From assembly GCA_965645245.1 (NCBI GenBank), contig OZ287075.1, positions 434,001 to 498,000 on the forward strand: 64,000 nt of DNA, written 5' to 3'. The notes beneath the pieces were generated by a model, which was not told the origin of the DNA, did no database searches, and saw nothing but the letters and a program-made list of their open reading frames with translations. This DNA comes from Massalongia carnosa (Eukaryota). Positions within the stretch are counted from its first letter, which is position 1. Every line of letters starts with the position of its first letter. Positions 23,634-35,167 of this stretch are shown in pieces. The translations under genes were made by a program, and so were the position numbers.

Positions 23634-25963
23634 TTATGTTGCCACCCAACCGCACTCGCAACCTGTGTATGAATCGCTTCTCTTCTCCAGACCATTCGGT
23701 GCACTCCACCAGCCTCTACGTCCTTTGGGAGCCGTTGGTGACGCAAAGATTGGGTTAGTCTCATGCAGAGGGTACTGAGGTCCAAACAGACTGGCCCTTC
23801 CGTTGTTCATAATTTGCATTTGTTGACAGTAGGGTGACGCAGAATTGGCAGCGTTGTAGCGCTCCTCGATCTTTACCACTTTCGGGTACATTCTTGGGCT
23901 TGAGGATGGCGATGAAACGACTTGGCGTTTACTCCAATGTTCTTTCGCAGCAGCAGTCGTCGTAGCAACGTACTCTGTAGCAACCTCAGAGTCTACGGAA
24001 GAAACCCCTAAACCTCTATTTGTAGAAGTAGCTGTGTATTCCGTTGTACTGATCGGCGCGCTCATTATAGTTTCAGTTGAGGTGGCCATGATCGAGGGAG
24101 CATAGTTGTCGAGGGTCGTTGAGTCGGTAACGTGGTCTTGGGTGACAAATATAAACCCTTCTAGCAACGTTTCATTCCAGTAGCAGAACCAAGGCTTGTC
24201 TGTGACCTTTGCATATTCAGACTCTTCGCCAGCATTGCCTCTCTCATTTAACACTCCATGGTTTTGATATTCACCCCGACCGGTAAACCATCTCTTCGAA
24301 GCAGAGGCGAAAAACTCGCCTTCTCGGAGAATAACAACTTTGTCAAATGATTGTTGGAAGAACGCTGCTGGCCCCCGGTTCGGTTCTTCTTTGTCGCTCA
24401 TAAAAAGGTTTACTGGTGAATCTCCTTGAAACTGAGGTGGTTGTGCACCATATCGGTACATATTACTAGTTTCATTGGATGAAAAGCTTACATTCGGTGG
24501 GTAATCCCCGTCCGGGTCAACTGAGAGTGTCAGAACGGCTCCTGATGAGCAGCTCCACGCAGGACGTTGGGTTGAGTCGGACAAACAATCTTGCGATGAG
24601 ACGGATGGGCTACCTAAAGAAATTTCAAACGTCCCTGTGGGAAGCGGTGGCAAGCCCGTTGTGGTTCCAGTAAAGGGTGTTGCGTCAATGAATGTGGTGG
24701 CTGTGATAGTTGCAGTTACGGGCGGAGGACTGATCTTTAGTTAGCTATGTAAAGGCCGTTTATAAAATGCACTTACGTATTGCTAGATTTCGAGTTTTGT
24801 TCCACTCCTCTAGCACGACCAAGAACGCCTCCAATCACAGCACCTAGTAAGACGGCAGCAATGAAAAGAAATATCATTACAAGCCATAATGGTAGTTTTC
24901 CGAAACAGACCTTTCTCTGCGTTTTTTGCTTAACCCGCTCCTTAAAATACCCTCCTTGATCGGAAGGGCTGGATGCTCCCACGGTCGAAGGATTCAGCTG
25001 GGTGAGACTGTCGTCGATATTTGGATTTCTTCTTATTGGGTCCCCTGTATCAGACGCGTTCAAGGTTTCCTGCGAGACTGCCGGCTGACTTCTGGACCTA
25101 CTTTCCGTGCTCAGATTCTGATGTCTTATTTGCCCTTCAGGAATTCCAGGGACCGCTAGAGCGTTCTTTGGAGGCACATCGTTTGCATATCGAGTATACG
25201 GGGGAAGTTGTTCTGTGTAGCCGTCAGGTCCAACCAGGTCTGCTGCCTCTTCTCCCTCGGGCCCAATTCTTCTTTGATAATTCTGCCGAAGACCAGGAAA
25301 TCCAGGGACGGGCCGAATGGCTTCAGCAACAGGGCCTATCTCATCCTCTGGCACAGTGTTTTGCGGGTACATGCCATAGGGCTGCGTAGGTCCGCTTGAA
25401 TTTGCAAGCAACCTATCGGGCATCCTCACTGTCGAATTCGTAGCCGAACTAGGATTACGGGTAATTCCAATTTCTTGAGGATACATTCCGTACGGATGAC
25501 TGGGCCCAGTCGCGCCTTGATACGGGCTTTGCGTACGCGGCATAGAGAAGGCCGAAATGCTGCTTACGGGCCGATGTGGTATTGATGTCGCCCTATGAAC
25601 GTCTACAGTAGAGCCGATAGGGCCGGGGTGGTTGTAATTATGTGAAAGCCTCGGATGGTACGATGTGGAGTCGTTGAGCCCACCATGCTCTGATGAGTCT
25701 CCACTTGATCTTTGCAAGTCCTGTGCACTGATCGAGGATTGGCGAGAGGCTAGCGGTCGTCGTGGGAAGCCGAAAGACGCAGTAGACTGTGAAGTCCCCT
25801 CATCTCCAGGTGAGGAGGAACCTGAGCCATTGCAAACCTCGAACGGCTCCAAAGCAAAATCGTCACTAAATACGTTGAGGTTGGCAATAGAATTTCGGTC
25901 GTGGAAAGTTTCGAGTTGATGTAACGAGGTTGTTGATTGTCGCTTTGACGCTTGCTCCGCCAT
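23634..25963 (-). CDS. Conserved single-pass membrane protein with Cys-containing C-terminal domain (2 exons)
   Basis: Disordered N-terminus with DGYTEQLPPY and a TM helix WLVMIFLFIAAVLLGAVIGG. Intron near 24735-24778. Exon 2 has LPTGTF...CL...AWSC...PWFCYWN...CECGW. Confidence 0.85.
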
Positions 25964-26577
25964 GCTGAATTCTCCTTGCCCGCGTGGGGTCGGATGAAGT
26001 AATTGTGTCGTGTCTCAATTGTGATCGATTACCGAAAAGCGAGATGCCCCCAGGAATGAGTGCGACACTAAACAGACATACTCGAAGACTGAAGGTCGTT
26101 GGTGTCGAGAAAGCAGGAGTTGGCAAAGCTGATCACTCTTCAGCATGTATTCAGAACGGTAAGATATAAACGGCTCGTAGCGGGCCTTGTTGGGCGTTTT
26201 TAGGTAAAAATAAAGTCTTGATTACTCATGCAATCCCTATCCTATCTTTAATTGGTCGACTGACACCACCTAAGTTAAAGGATACGGAGCTCTCTAAATC
26301 TTTTATCTCATTGGATGATCCGATGCGAGGTTTCAAATGGCTTTGGAGGATGAGGGCAAAAATTACCCTACCACCCTTTCGACGAGACACATGTTGCACA
26401 AATTGCAGGAGACAACAAAACGTGTAGAGCTTGGTCAAAACAGCTCTCTATTTCGGTCTATGAACACAGATACAAATATCAAGCATATCTACAGTCCACG
26501 ATGCCAGGACGATGATGGAAGCCACGGCATTTAAGCACAAACCCCCCCTCTTGGTTGTCTCAGGTGATATGACACGG

Positions 26578-28122
26578 TCATGCTTTGATATCATACTTCC
26601 GTCTGAACATATCGTCAACCTCGGTGAGATAATAGGTCCCCTTAACCACGGTTTCTGAATTCCCTTTTGGTACAAAGTTCTTCTGCAAATGTGCCTTTTC
26701 TCGTAACACACACATCTGGCTGATGTTAGCTATGATCATTCTCGGCACTTACTCAACAGAGCACAAACCTCATCATAGACCTCTGGAGCCACTGTCTTCC
26801 TTGCAGCCAGTCGTTCCTGCAGATTGAGATTATCGACCATCCGGGAGACGTCCCCAACAACCCTCACACTGAAGAAAGAGCTTGCCAGCCCGCTGCCATA
26901 GCTGAAGAACCCCAATCTCTTGCCATTGAGCTGATCGTTCCCCACATTGCTTAATAGACTACAGAGGGATCCATACACACTTGCACAATACATGTTACCG
27001 CACATCGTCGGTACTTGAATCCCGGGCTGGACTCGGGCTTGGAACTTCTTCTTACTGAGGGCCATGAAAGTCTTCTCCACGGTTTTGTCGCTCAATGACG
27101 TCTCATAGTCCATGTTCTGCAACTCCTTTGGCACCGTTTCGAACAGTGAGTCCAGAGGAGAGTTAAGATAGTCGTTGTAAAGCATGCGGGCGTAGGACTT
27201 GGAGACGAGCTTGCAGGTAGGGGAGTGGAAAAGCACGTAATCGAAGCGGTCGAGAGGCGTAGAGCCCTCATTGGTCGGAGTATGTATGCCATTTGTAAGG
27301 CCTTTCTGCTGTAGAGTGGCTTCCCGAGCGTTGTATGCCTTGTAGCATGCGTCGACAGCTTCGGTGTAACATTTGACGGAATAATGACCATCCACAGTAG
27401 GGTATTCCGAGGTCAGATCAGGCTTGTAAAAATCGTAGGCATGCTGCATATAGCTTCCCCGTTTACCCGGCTCAAAGGCCAGTGGAGCATCAGGTCCAAC
27501 AAGCATAGCAACACAGCCCGCACCACCGGTTGGGCGGGCATTGCCCTTTTTATAAAGTGCAATATCTCCAGCACACACGATAGCATCACGGCCATCCCAT
27601 GCCGATGATTCAACCCAGTTTATTGCGTTGAAAAGTGCGTTTGTCCCCCCATAGCACGCATTGACTGTGTCCACCCCTTCGACATTAGTGTTGCCCGAAG
27701 GTTGGAATAATTGCATGAGAACAGATTTTACTGATTTGGACTTGTCAAGGAGTGTTTCGGTGCCGACTTCAAGGCGTCCAATGGACGTAGGATCTATCGA
27801 GTACTTTTTAAGGAGGGAGGAAACGGTAGTAAGGGCAAAGGAATAGATATCTGGAACCCATTCATGTCAGGGCTACCACGACTCCGAGAGATCACTGTAT
27901 CCCTACCTTCTCGATCATCACAGAAGCTCATCTTCGTTTGGCCGAGGCCAATTGTGTATTTGCCCTGACTAACGCCATCAAACTTTTCCAGCTCCGCTTG
28001 GTCAACACACTTGACGAGTTAGCTAACGCTGATTGATTCCACTCGAGACTACCAGCACCCACCTGGCTTGGGAAATATATTTCAATGGCTTTAATGCCGA
28101 TATTTTGAGGTCGAGTTGCCAT
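26578..28122 (-). CDS. ERG13: Hydroxymethylglutaryl-CoA synthase
   Basis: [27 protein letters not shown], catalytic [23 protein letters not shown] and FSYGSG. Last exon ends ...[12 protein letters not shown]. Three introns. Confidence 0.97.
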
Positions 28123-28628
28123 ATTGCTCGAATTACTGGGAGGTAAAGACCTCTTGCTTAAAGAAGAGGCAAAGGATGGATAGATCCAGGTAAGGCTGTA
28201 ATGCAGGAGCCTAAAGTTGAGTATGCAACGAGAAGAGGAATTGTGCTTGAGTTGCAGCGTAGGATCAGGGATTCAACAAAAACAGTAAGACAAGCAATTC
28301 TCCTCAAGAGCAAAAATCAGTATTACAAGTCGATCGTAATCGAGAGGGTTGGGGGGTTCACATATAAGAGTAGGTTCCTCCGTAAGCGCCAACGCAGGCA
28401 TTGGAACGCGGTGAAGAGCTTCAAGCTTGACATTTTGTATTTTTTCTCCTCTCAAGCTACGAACTACATAGACGCTAACCCATAAGCGTGTCCGGCGCCG
28501 ACTTCTTTGCGTTAATAATCATAATAATCGGGCACCGAGTAAAATCAGATAATCTATGGACGAATGTGAAAGTTTTTATCGCCTGCTCATGTAGGTACCA
28601 ACTCACGTTACAGGAATTGCGAGCAGCA

Positions 28629-28647
28629 ATTTCGGTATTACCGAAAT
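28629..28647. promoter_or_regulatory. Palindrome ATTTCGGTA-T-TACCGAAAT (CGG-N5-CCG) in the ERG13/HAD divergent promoter
   Basis: The 9-bp inverted repeat is read directly. A role as a Zn2Cys6 site is inferred. Confidence 0.4.
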
Positions 28648-28729
28648 CAATACGAAGTACTTAGGTATCTACGAAACCAACAATCACTCAACACACGATC
28701 CGTCGATCCGTCAATCACTCGAAAGTATC

Positions 28730-29921
28730 ATGAACCGAATTCGTCTTTTAACACTCGATTGCTTCGGCACCTTGATCAAACCGGTGACACCCATAGGTGA
28801 GCAGTACGCAAAGGTGGCACAGCGCCATGGTATCAAGGGCCTCGTGTCTCAGGACGTCCAAGCTTCTTTTGAGGACGGTATGTTAGCCTTTCGCCCACCA
28901 TTTCCGGCAGGCCGAGATCTCGAAATGTAGGCGATAATATGGGTTTTCGCTACAATGCTGACGAGTCTATTGGTTGCCTTTGATAGCGTTTCGGAAGGAA
29001 CAGAAGGAGTATCCTATGTATGGGAAGGCGGTGGGGATGAAGCCTTCGGACTGGTGGGCTAATGTAGGTGAGATTGTAGACATCTTGAGTGCGAAACGTT
29101 ACAATGTATAGAATTTGAAATGGTGTGGCCGGCATTTCCACCGCTTCTTTGCCCTCTCCATGATGCCACCTACGAACGGATCACATCTAGCTTCCTCAAC
29201 TTTCTGCTTACTTGTTTTAACATTGATTATTCCGTGTAGCTGAACGATGCTCCATTTCTGATTTTTCGTTCGTCACTGTTCAGCAAATATCCCCAGCCTA
29301 CAGGTCTAATCGTGTTAGGTCATCCGCTCCACCTTTCGTCCATTCACTCCGCCCTCCGCCTCTATACCTGAATCACTCATTTTTGAGCTTTGGGCACGCT
29401 TCTCTTCTGACCAAGGCTATCAATTATACAAGGACATCCCTGGATTTTTTCAAACAATGCGCTTAGCCAAACAATCGCCCGACCCAACAAATATACTTTC
29501 CTCGTTGACAGTCGGCGTCATCACGAATTCTGATGACCGCGTATGCTCGGTTCTCTCTAGTCTTGGCCTTCGAGTGGGTCCCCGGAGGCATGGCATGCTC
29601 TCTAATGGACTAAAGGGTGAAGTCTTCAGCGATGAAGATATCAATTTCGTTGTAACGAGCTATGATGTTGGTGTTGAGAAACCTGACATGAAAATATTTG
29701 ATGCTGCGAGAGCGCTGGGTTCGATGGGAAGAGACCTCCAGCCGTCTGAGTGTCTTCATGTAGGCGATAAAGGGAAAGAAGACTTTCAATCGGCCCAGGC
29801 AGCGGGGTGGAAATCTCTCCTATTAGCGCGCGATGTCCGTAGAGACCACATAACCAAAGTGAGAAACTTTAGTGTATTGAAAGACGTGTTAAAGCTGCAT
29901 GGTGAGGTATGGAGGCATTAA
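28730..29921 (+). CDS. HAD-superfamily hydrolase, HDHD3-like (3 exons)
   Basis: Motif I LTLDCFGTL, motif II GVITNSD, SYDVGVEKPD..IF and motif IV LHVGD. Introns at about 28878-28986 and 29064-29318. Confidence 0.9.
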
Positions 29922-30098
29922 GAGAGTTATTATTCTGAATCCTTTGGTGGCAATTCAAAATCTACAAGCACACTCTGCGTTGACATGATGGAAGGAAAGG
30001 TAATGCTAAGAAAAGCTTTCGATTTTCTCAAATTCATGGGGATTGAATCCTGCGCCATACTAATGGAAAGACTTCATTGGCCAACAGCAGGGAGAAGT

Positions 30099-32606
30099 TC
30101 ATTCCCCATCTGAGTCTGCGAACATATCTTCGGCTTTCGGGCGTCTCCTTCTCCCATTTACTGGAGGTTCTTTGGCTTTGTCACTTCTGGCATCTCTGCT
30201 AGGACTGGTATCAACTGCACGCTCTACCCCCGCCGGGGAAGGAATTCCATGAGCGAGATCCTCCCCCACCAGACTGTCTGCTTTCGGTAGGTGCTCCTCA
30301 TCGTCGTCTGCCATTGGCTCTCCGTCAATGTTCTCGTCATCCATAGGCTCGCCATCAAGATATTCGTCATCAGCCATAGGCTCTCCATCTACATCAATAT
30401 CAACATCCATTTCATCCCTCATATCCGGATGGCTGGGGTGAGCGGATTCTGGGGTCCAAGTCTCAGCTTGTGCTTTCTCCTCAACGGTTTTCCACTTTGA
30501 CTTAGCAGCCAGAGCAGCCACCGAGGCTTTTTCTGATGCTACCACTGCTGCCTCTTCCTCCACGGTGAGCGGAGGATTGGTAAAGACTGACGTAAAATGC
30601 TGCTGTGACGCTTCCGGGAAAACACACCAGCCTTCCCAAAGAGTTAAGACGCTGAGCACACTTCTTTTCCATTTGTTTGCTCGCATACGGCCCCAATGCA
30701 TTACTTTCTCCAGGCGGCCAAGACTTTCGAAAACATGGTGTTGTCGAAGAGCCGCTTCAAATAGCTGCCGATATCGCCATGCATGTCGAACCCCGCTAGT
30801 AGAAGATGATGATAGAATATCAGAAATGACGAACAACCCTATGAGCATTGAAGAAGATGTATCTTCCTTCTCGTTGGCTTTTTTTTCATCGTCGGGAGGT
30901 TCCTCATCATCTTTCCCTGTGTCTTCTACTTGTGTCTTGTGATCGGGATTCGCTCCTGAAAATGAAAAAGGGGTTTGAACGTTACTCGTAATCATTTGTA
31001 CCACCTCATCGGCCCCTTCTCCTGCATGTTGTATCGCAAATGCGGTGACACGGGCTACATCCCCACGCCTTAGCTTGGCATTTGTGGTGGGTAGCCGTGC
31101 TAATAGATGTGTCAACTTGGCTTTCTGGAGCGGATTCAAATAAGCTTGATCATCTCCTTCCATGTTTCCTATCTCCGGGGGTGGTGCGCCTCCATGGTGA
31201 TGCAGATGCCGCCGGCGGCCCTCATCTCCCGAATCTTCATCCTCGGAAGAATCATATTCCGAATCGGAAACAAACTGCTCAATACGGGTGGTATACTCAA
31301 ACGGTAAATTTTTCTCCGGGGGAACCCACGTCGCTCCTCCTTCAAATAAGAGATGTGTTGATGAATCGGATCCATGTCTTCCCATTGCATTATTATTCTG
31401 AGCACCGGTAAGAATATCCCATAACCGCCAGCGATAGTAAACCCCACCCGTACTGCGTGAATCCCACAACCAAGCCCATCTTTCTTCCATCTGAATCTCT
31501 CTTCGACTCATCAAGAGTGCCTCAAACTCCGGGCCGTGCGTAAGAAGAGCTTCCAAAGTCTTGTGGATGAGTTTCAGCTGTTTTAGGTCGGAGGGTGGTT
31601 TGACTGTAATTTGCATTTGAGGACCCCCTCTGCCAATATGGATTGGCCCAGATGGTGCATATGATTGAGGTGGCGCAAAGCCACCCCGATGCGAGCCAGG
31701 CGGCGCTCTGAAATTGGAGCCAGGGCCCGTGGGTATAGGTTTCGCGCCAAATGGGAGTGAAGATGAAGACGGGATTCCACTTGTTGACCGCTCTGCGCCT
31801 ACAGCAACCGAAGAGAGGTAACGTGACAAGGAAAGGTAGAAACCACGCCCAAGGTATCTATTTTGGAGCGCACTTACTACCGCATCGATATCAACGGCAG
31901 GGGTGTCTTTGGCCAATGTAACAATCGCTGAATGTGACCGCCGCTCCGTGTTTCCGGGTCCTGCAGGCGGTATGATTTTCACTGCATCTACCTGAAGGGT
32001 TAATGGTAGTAAAGATTTGATCACGGCAGGTGATGTTCCCGGCGGCAATGAGGACATTTTGATGGTAGGTTTTGGGGTAGCTCTTTCTTGTAATCTGGCA
32101 CGGCCACTTTTATCCTCATCATCTAAAGCTAGGAAAGCAGATTTAGGGTCCCCTGTTATGGAATCTTCGAAGGCGAAAAGACTGGCGTTTGGGTCTTTTT
32201 GTAAAGGGTGAGAACCATCATGAGCTCTTTTTCGTGATAGCGATGGAGGTGGCGGGCCTAAACTTCCTGGTCCACTTCCTCTGCCTCCACCAAAACCTCC
32301 CCTCGATGCGGGTCCTGTGGGCGGACCGGAAAAGTGTCGCTTGGATGGTCCTCCAAACGTACGCCCAGCTCCTAAGCTTTCAGACCCCGCTCCTCCTTGG
32401 AAATTTCTATTCCCAACCGAAGTGGAATCATCCGCATCATCAAAAGACTTAATAAAATCTTCATACACCGCTGCTGTTTCTTGTTGCTCACGTTGACGTT
32501 TTGCTTCGGCTTCGGCTTTCTGTCTCTCGAACAGCGACTTCTTGGTTGGAGCTGTAAGTTTGGTGGTAATATCAGGAAACTCTTTGATCTTGGAGCTTTG
32601 CGCCAT
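30099..32606 (-). CDS. U2 snRNP-associated SURP-motif protein (SR140/U2SURP-like)
   Basis: 835-aa ORF: KKSLFERQK...AAVYEDF, an RRM-like segment, SURP (LIHKTLE...GPEFEALLM...YYRWRLW), a CID-like region (ISDILSSS...VLTLWEGW) and DVDGEPM repeats. Confidence 0.88.
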   Translation of the reverse strand: MAQSSKIKEFPDITTKLTAPTKKSLFERQKAEAEAKRQREQQETAAVYEDFIKSFDDADDSTSVGNRNFQGGAGSESLGAGRTFGGPSKRHFSGPPTGPASRGGFGGGRGSGPGSLGPPPPSLSRKRAHDGSHPLQKDPNASLFAFEDSITGDPKSAFLALDDEDKSGRARLQERATPKPTIKMSSLPPGTSPAVIKSLLPLTLQVDAVKIIPPAGPGNTERRSHSAIVTLAKDTPAVDIDAVVSALQNRYLGRGFYLSLSRYLSSVAVGAERSTSGIPSSSSLPFGAKPIPTGPGSNFRAPPGSHRGGFAPPQSYAPSGPIHIGRGGPQMQITVKPPSDLKQLKLIHKTLEALLTHGPEFEALLMSRREIQMEERWAWLWDSRSTGGVYYRWRLWDILTGAQNNNAMGRHGSDSSTHLLFEGGATWVPPEKNLPFEYTTRIEQFVSDSEYDSSEDEDSGDEGRRRHLHHHGGAPPPEIGNMEGDDQAYLNPLQKAKLTHLLARLPTTNAKLRRGDVARVTAFAIQHAGEGADEVVQMITSNVQTPFSFSGANPDHKTQVEDTGKDDEEPPDDEKKANEKEDTSSSMLIGLFVISDILSSSSTSGVRHAWRYRQLFEAALRQHHVFESLGRLEKVMHWGRMRANKWKRSVLSVLTLWEGWCVFPEASQQHFTSVFTNPPLTVEEEAAVVASEKASVAALAAKSKWKTVEEKAQAETWTPESAHPSHPDMRDEMDVDIDVDGEPMADDEYLDGEPMDDENIDGEPMADDDEEHLPKADSLVGEDLAHGIPSPAGVERAVDTSPSRDARSDKAKEPPVNGRRRRPKAEDMFADSDGE

Positions 32607-32830
32607 TGTTGAGACCTGGATAGTTCATTGTAGTAGCAGATTTCATTTCTTCAACTTTACAAGTTTAGACAATTACGCTAACTAATCTAGCGCTGTATAT
32701 CCGCGTTTATAGTTATTAGCCGCCCCAGCATCATCAATACAACATTAAACGGATTTATGATACAAAGGTAATGTGTAGCTAAGCAATCTTGCCACAAGGA
32801 ACGAGGACTAACAAGTTTTTAAGAGATTTC

Positions 32831-34140
32831 ATGATGACTTCAGTGGCTGAAGTTCAAGCATTACTACGTTTCCTTTCTCAAGACGCCAAAATCCCCCTTC
32901 CAACGGCTATGTCGAAGATCAAAGACCTCCAGAAAGCCTCCTTCACAACGTATGTCCCATGAATATCCAACCCCAACCCTAGCCGTGTCAATTCAATCAA
33001 GGATAATGCTGAACCACAGTGAGTCCCGCATCAATCGCTAAATCAAATCCCGAAACGCTCCAAAATTTGTTCCCAGATGAAAAATTGGCGAAACAAATCC
33101 TCAACGCCGCCAAACGCACTTTAAAGAAACGGCCCTCTGTCGCAACCCAGGCCGACTCACCACCAACGAAACATAGAAAGCCCTCTTCTCCCTCTGAAGA
33201 ATTCCTTACGCCCTCGGCAATCGAAGCCTCCCTAGCTCTCCCAATTGCCGACGCAACAGAAGAGGAACTACAAAACACAATTCTCTACACAAACCGCGCT
33301 CCCCTCCTCCTTGCCTTCGCCACTGCACTTTTAAAGTATACCATGCCCTCGCAACCGATCTCCTCACGACTAAGCCTCGCCCAGGCGCTGGTGAGCGCCA
33401 ACAGTCGTTCGAAAGCCGTCAGTTTGGGGATCGACAAAGGGCAGACCGCAGAGGAGGAGGGATGGGGCAAGGGGCAGCCAACGGTGCGAGTGATGGAAAG
33501 GGATATTCGAGTATTGAAGAGGTGGGGGTATGAGTGGGGAGAGGAATCTGGGAAACAAGAAGACCATAAGGATGGCAGGAAGGACGGAAGCAAACTCGAC
33601 TCGCCCGATCAATCTTCCAGTCAGGACAAACCGACAACCAGCCAACCACACCCCCAACCCCTCGACCCAGATCCCCCGCTCTGGGGCCTCGATCTTGAAG
33701 CCCTCCGGTCATCCTCCGCGTCAAACCCCTATCCTTCCTTAACCCTCCCTATCCACACCCCGGCCTCCGCACGCTCCTACCTCCTTAACGCCTTCTCCTC
33801 TCCCGCTTCTGCACCATCCTCTCTATCTATCTCCAATTCTACCTCATCTTCCTCCTCAACCGCTCTGACTACCGCACCTCCTTCATCCTTGTCCACCAAA
33901 AAATCACCATCGGCAGCCAGCCTTCGCGCCCAAAGGTCCCACAACCTCGCTCTCCTCCTCCAAGCTCTCGACCTCCTATACGGGAGCTGGGCTACCGTGG
34001 TGAGTGCGAAAGAACTGGACCGCAAGAGCTGGGGCTGGTATGTGGCCACCCGGCCTGACGTGGAGGCTGGAGTGAGAGGCTGGGGGGGGCGGGGGGAGGT
34101 CCAGCTGAAGATGATTTTAGAGCGGAGGAGGAGGCGGTAA
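32831..34140 (+). CDS. Conserved fungal hypothetical protein (2 exons)
   Basis: Exon 1 MMTSVAEVQALLRFLSQDAKIPL, intron at about 32950-33018, then TNRAPLLLAF...SSRLSLAQA...GWGKGQP and WYVATRPDV..G..GWGGRG. Confidence 0.85.
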
Positions 34141-35167
34141 CTGTTTTGATTATGTATTTGTCGATAAGCGGGCTGAATAGAGACTGTCTTTTTATCCGTT
34201 GCGAGGTTGTCCAACACGAAAGGATGCGAAACTCGCAAGCACGAAATATTGCGACCAGAAGTCTCGACTCGTATTCAAACTCCAAAACCTCAATCCGGAT
34301 TAGTTAGCGCTTTAACGAAGGGTCTTTTTTTCTTCTCAACAATGCGGAAGAATCATCTAGGTAGTTCCTTCTCTTTGACAACTAGTCAAGTCTCGAGGTT
34401 CGATTACTGTAGCTATCCATGTCTTTCCGTCTGGTGTCTTTGACTATTTTTCTCTTTTTTTTAAATAAAAACCCCCCCACCTATTGCCTAATCTATGTCC
34501 CTGACGATCTTACGTTGTACATACATTCTTCTCTCTTAATCGAACCTACCTTGTATCATTTTCCTCACCCCCCCCCTTAACATCCCTCTCTTCTTCTTCT
34601 TCTTCCGCCTAATCCAGTTGTCAGTTTACATGTTCCTGCGGTTCTCCAACCCTTAATTACCCTGTTGAGTCTAGGTAGGAGGGGTTTATTTTATATTTTG
34701 GCGAATGTAGCTTCTGGGAAAAGGGATGGGGATTGGGAGTGGAGAGGCAGGTGTGGTACTGTAAGTAGGGGTGGGGTGGGGTGGGGAAGAGGATTTGTTG
34801 GTGGATGGGGATAGAGAAATGAGAAAAGAGATGATGGATGGATGGATGAATGAACGAATAAACGAAAAGAAGAGGGAGACTTAGCAAGAGATAGGAAAGG
34901 GACAAAGATCAGGGAGAACGCAAAAGCCGCTTCACCGATTCCTCCTAAGCTGCCCCGCCGTATAACTATGCGTACCTCGAGAGTTCTTAGCATTTGATAC
35001 AGCTCACCAACCCCTTCTTTCCTCCAAACCCCCAAACCCCCAAAATAGCCCTCCCTCTTTCCCTTAGACCCGTTTTCTAGCTCTCATTCTAACTTACTCT
35101 CCTCCTTGTCCCCTTAATCCCCTTTAACCCCCTTGTAGAAAATTTCCACGGGAACTTCGAACCGTGA

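Noticed and set aside
29064..29318. Long HAD intron as a box C/D snoRNA host (ATGATGC...CTGA)
   Set aside because: Box C is non-consensus, there is no terminal stem, and the short rRNA-like complement is imperfect.
26578..29921. HMG-CoA synthase plus HAD hydrolase as a terpene or secondary-metabolite cluster
   Set aside because: No backbone synthase, P450 or transporter nearby; the neighbours are housekeeping genes.
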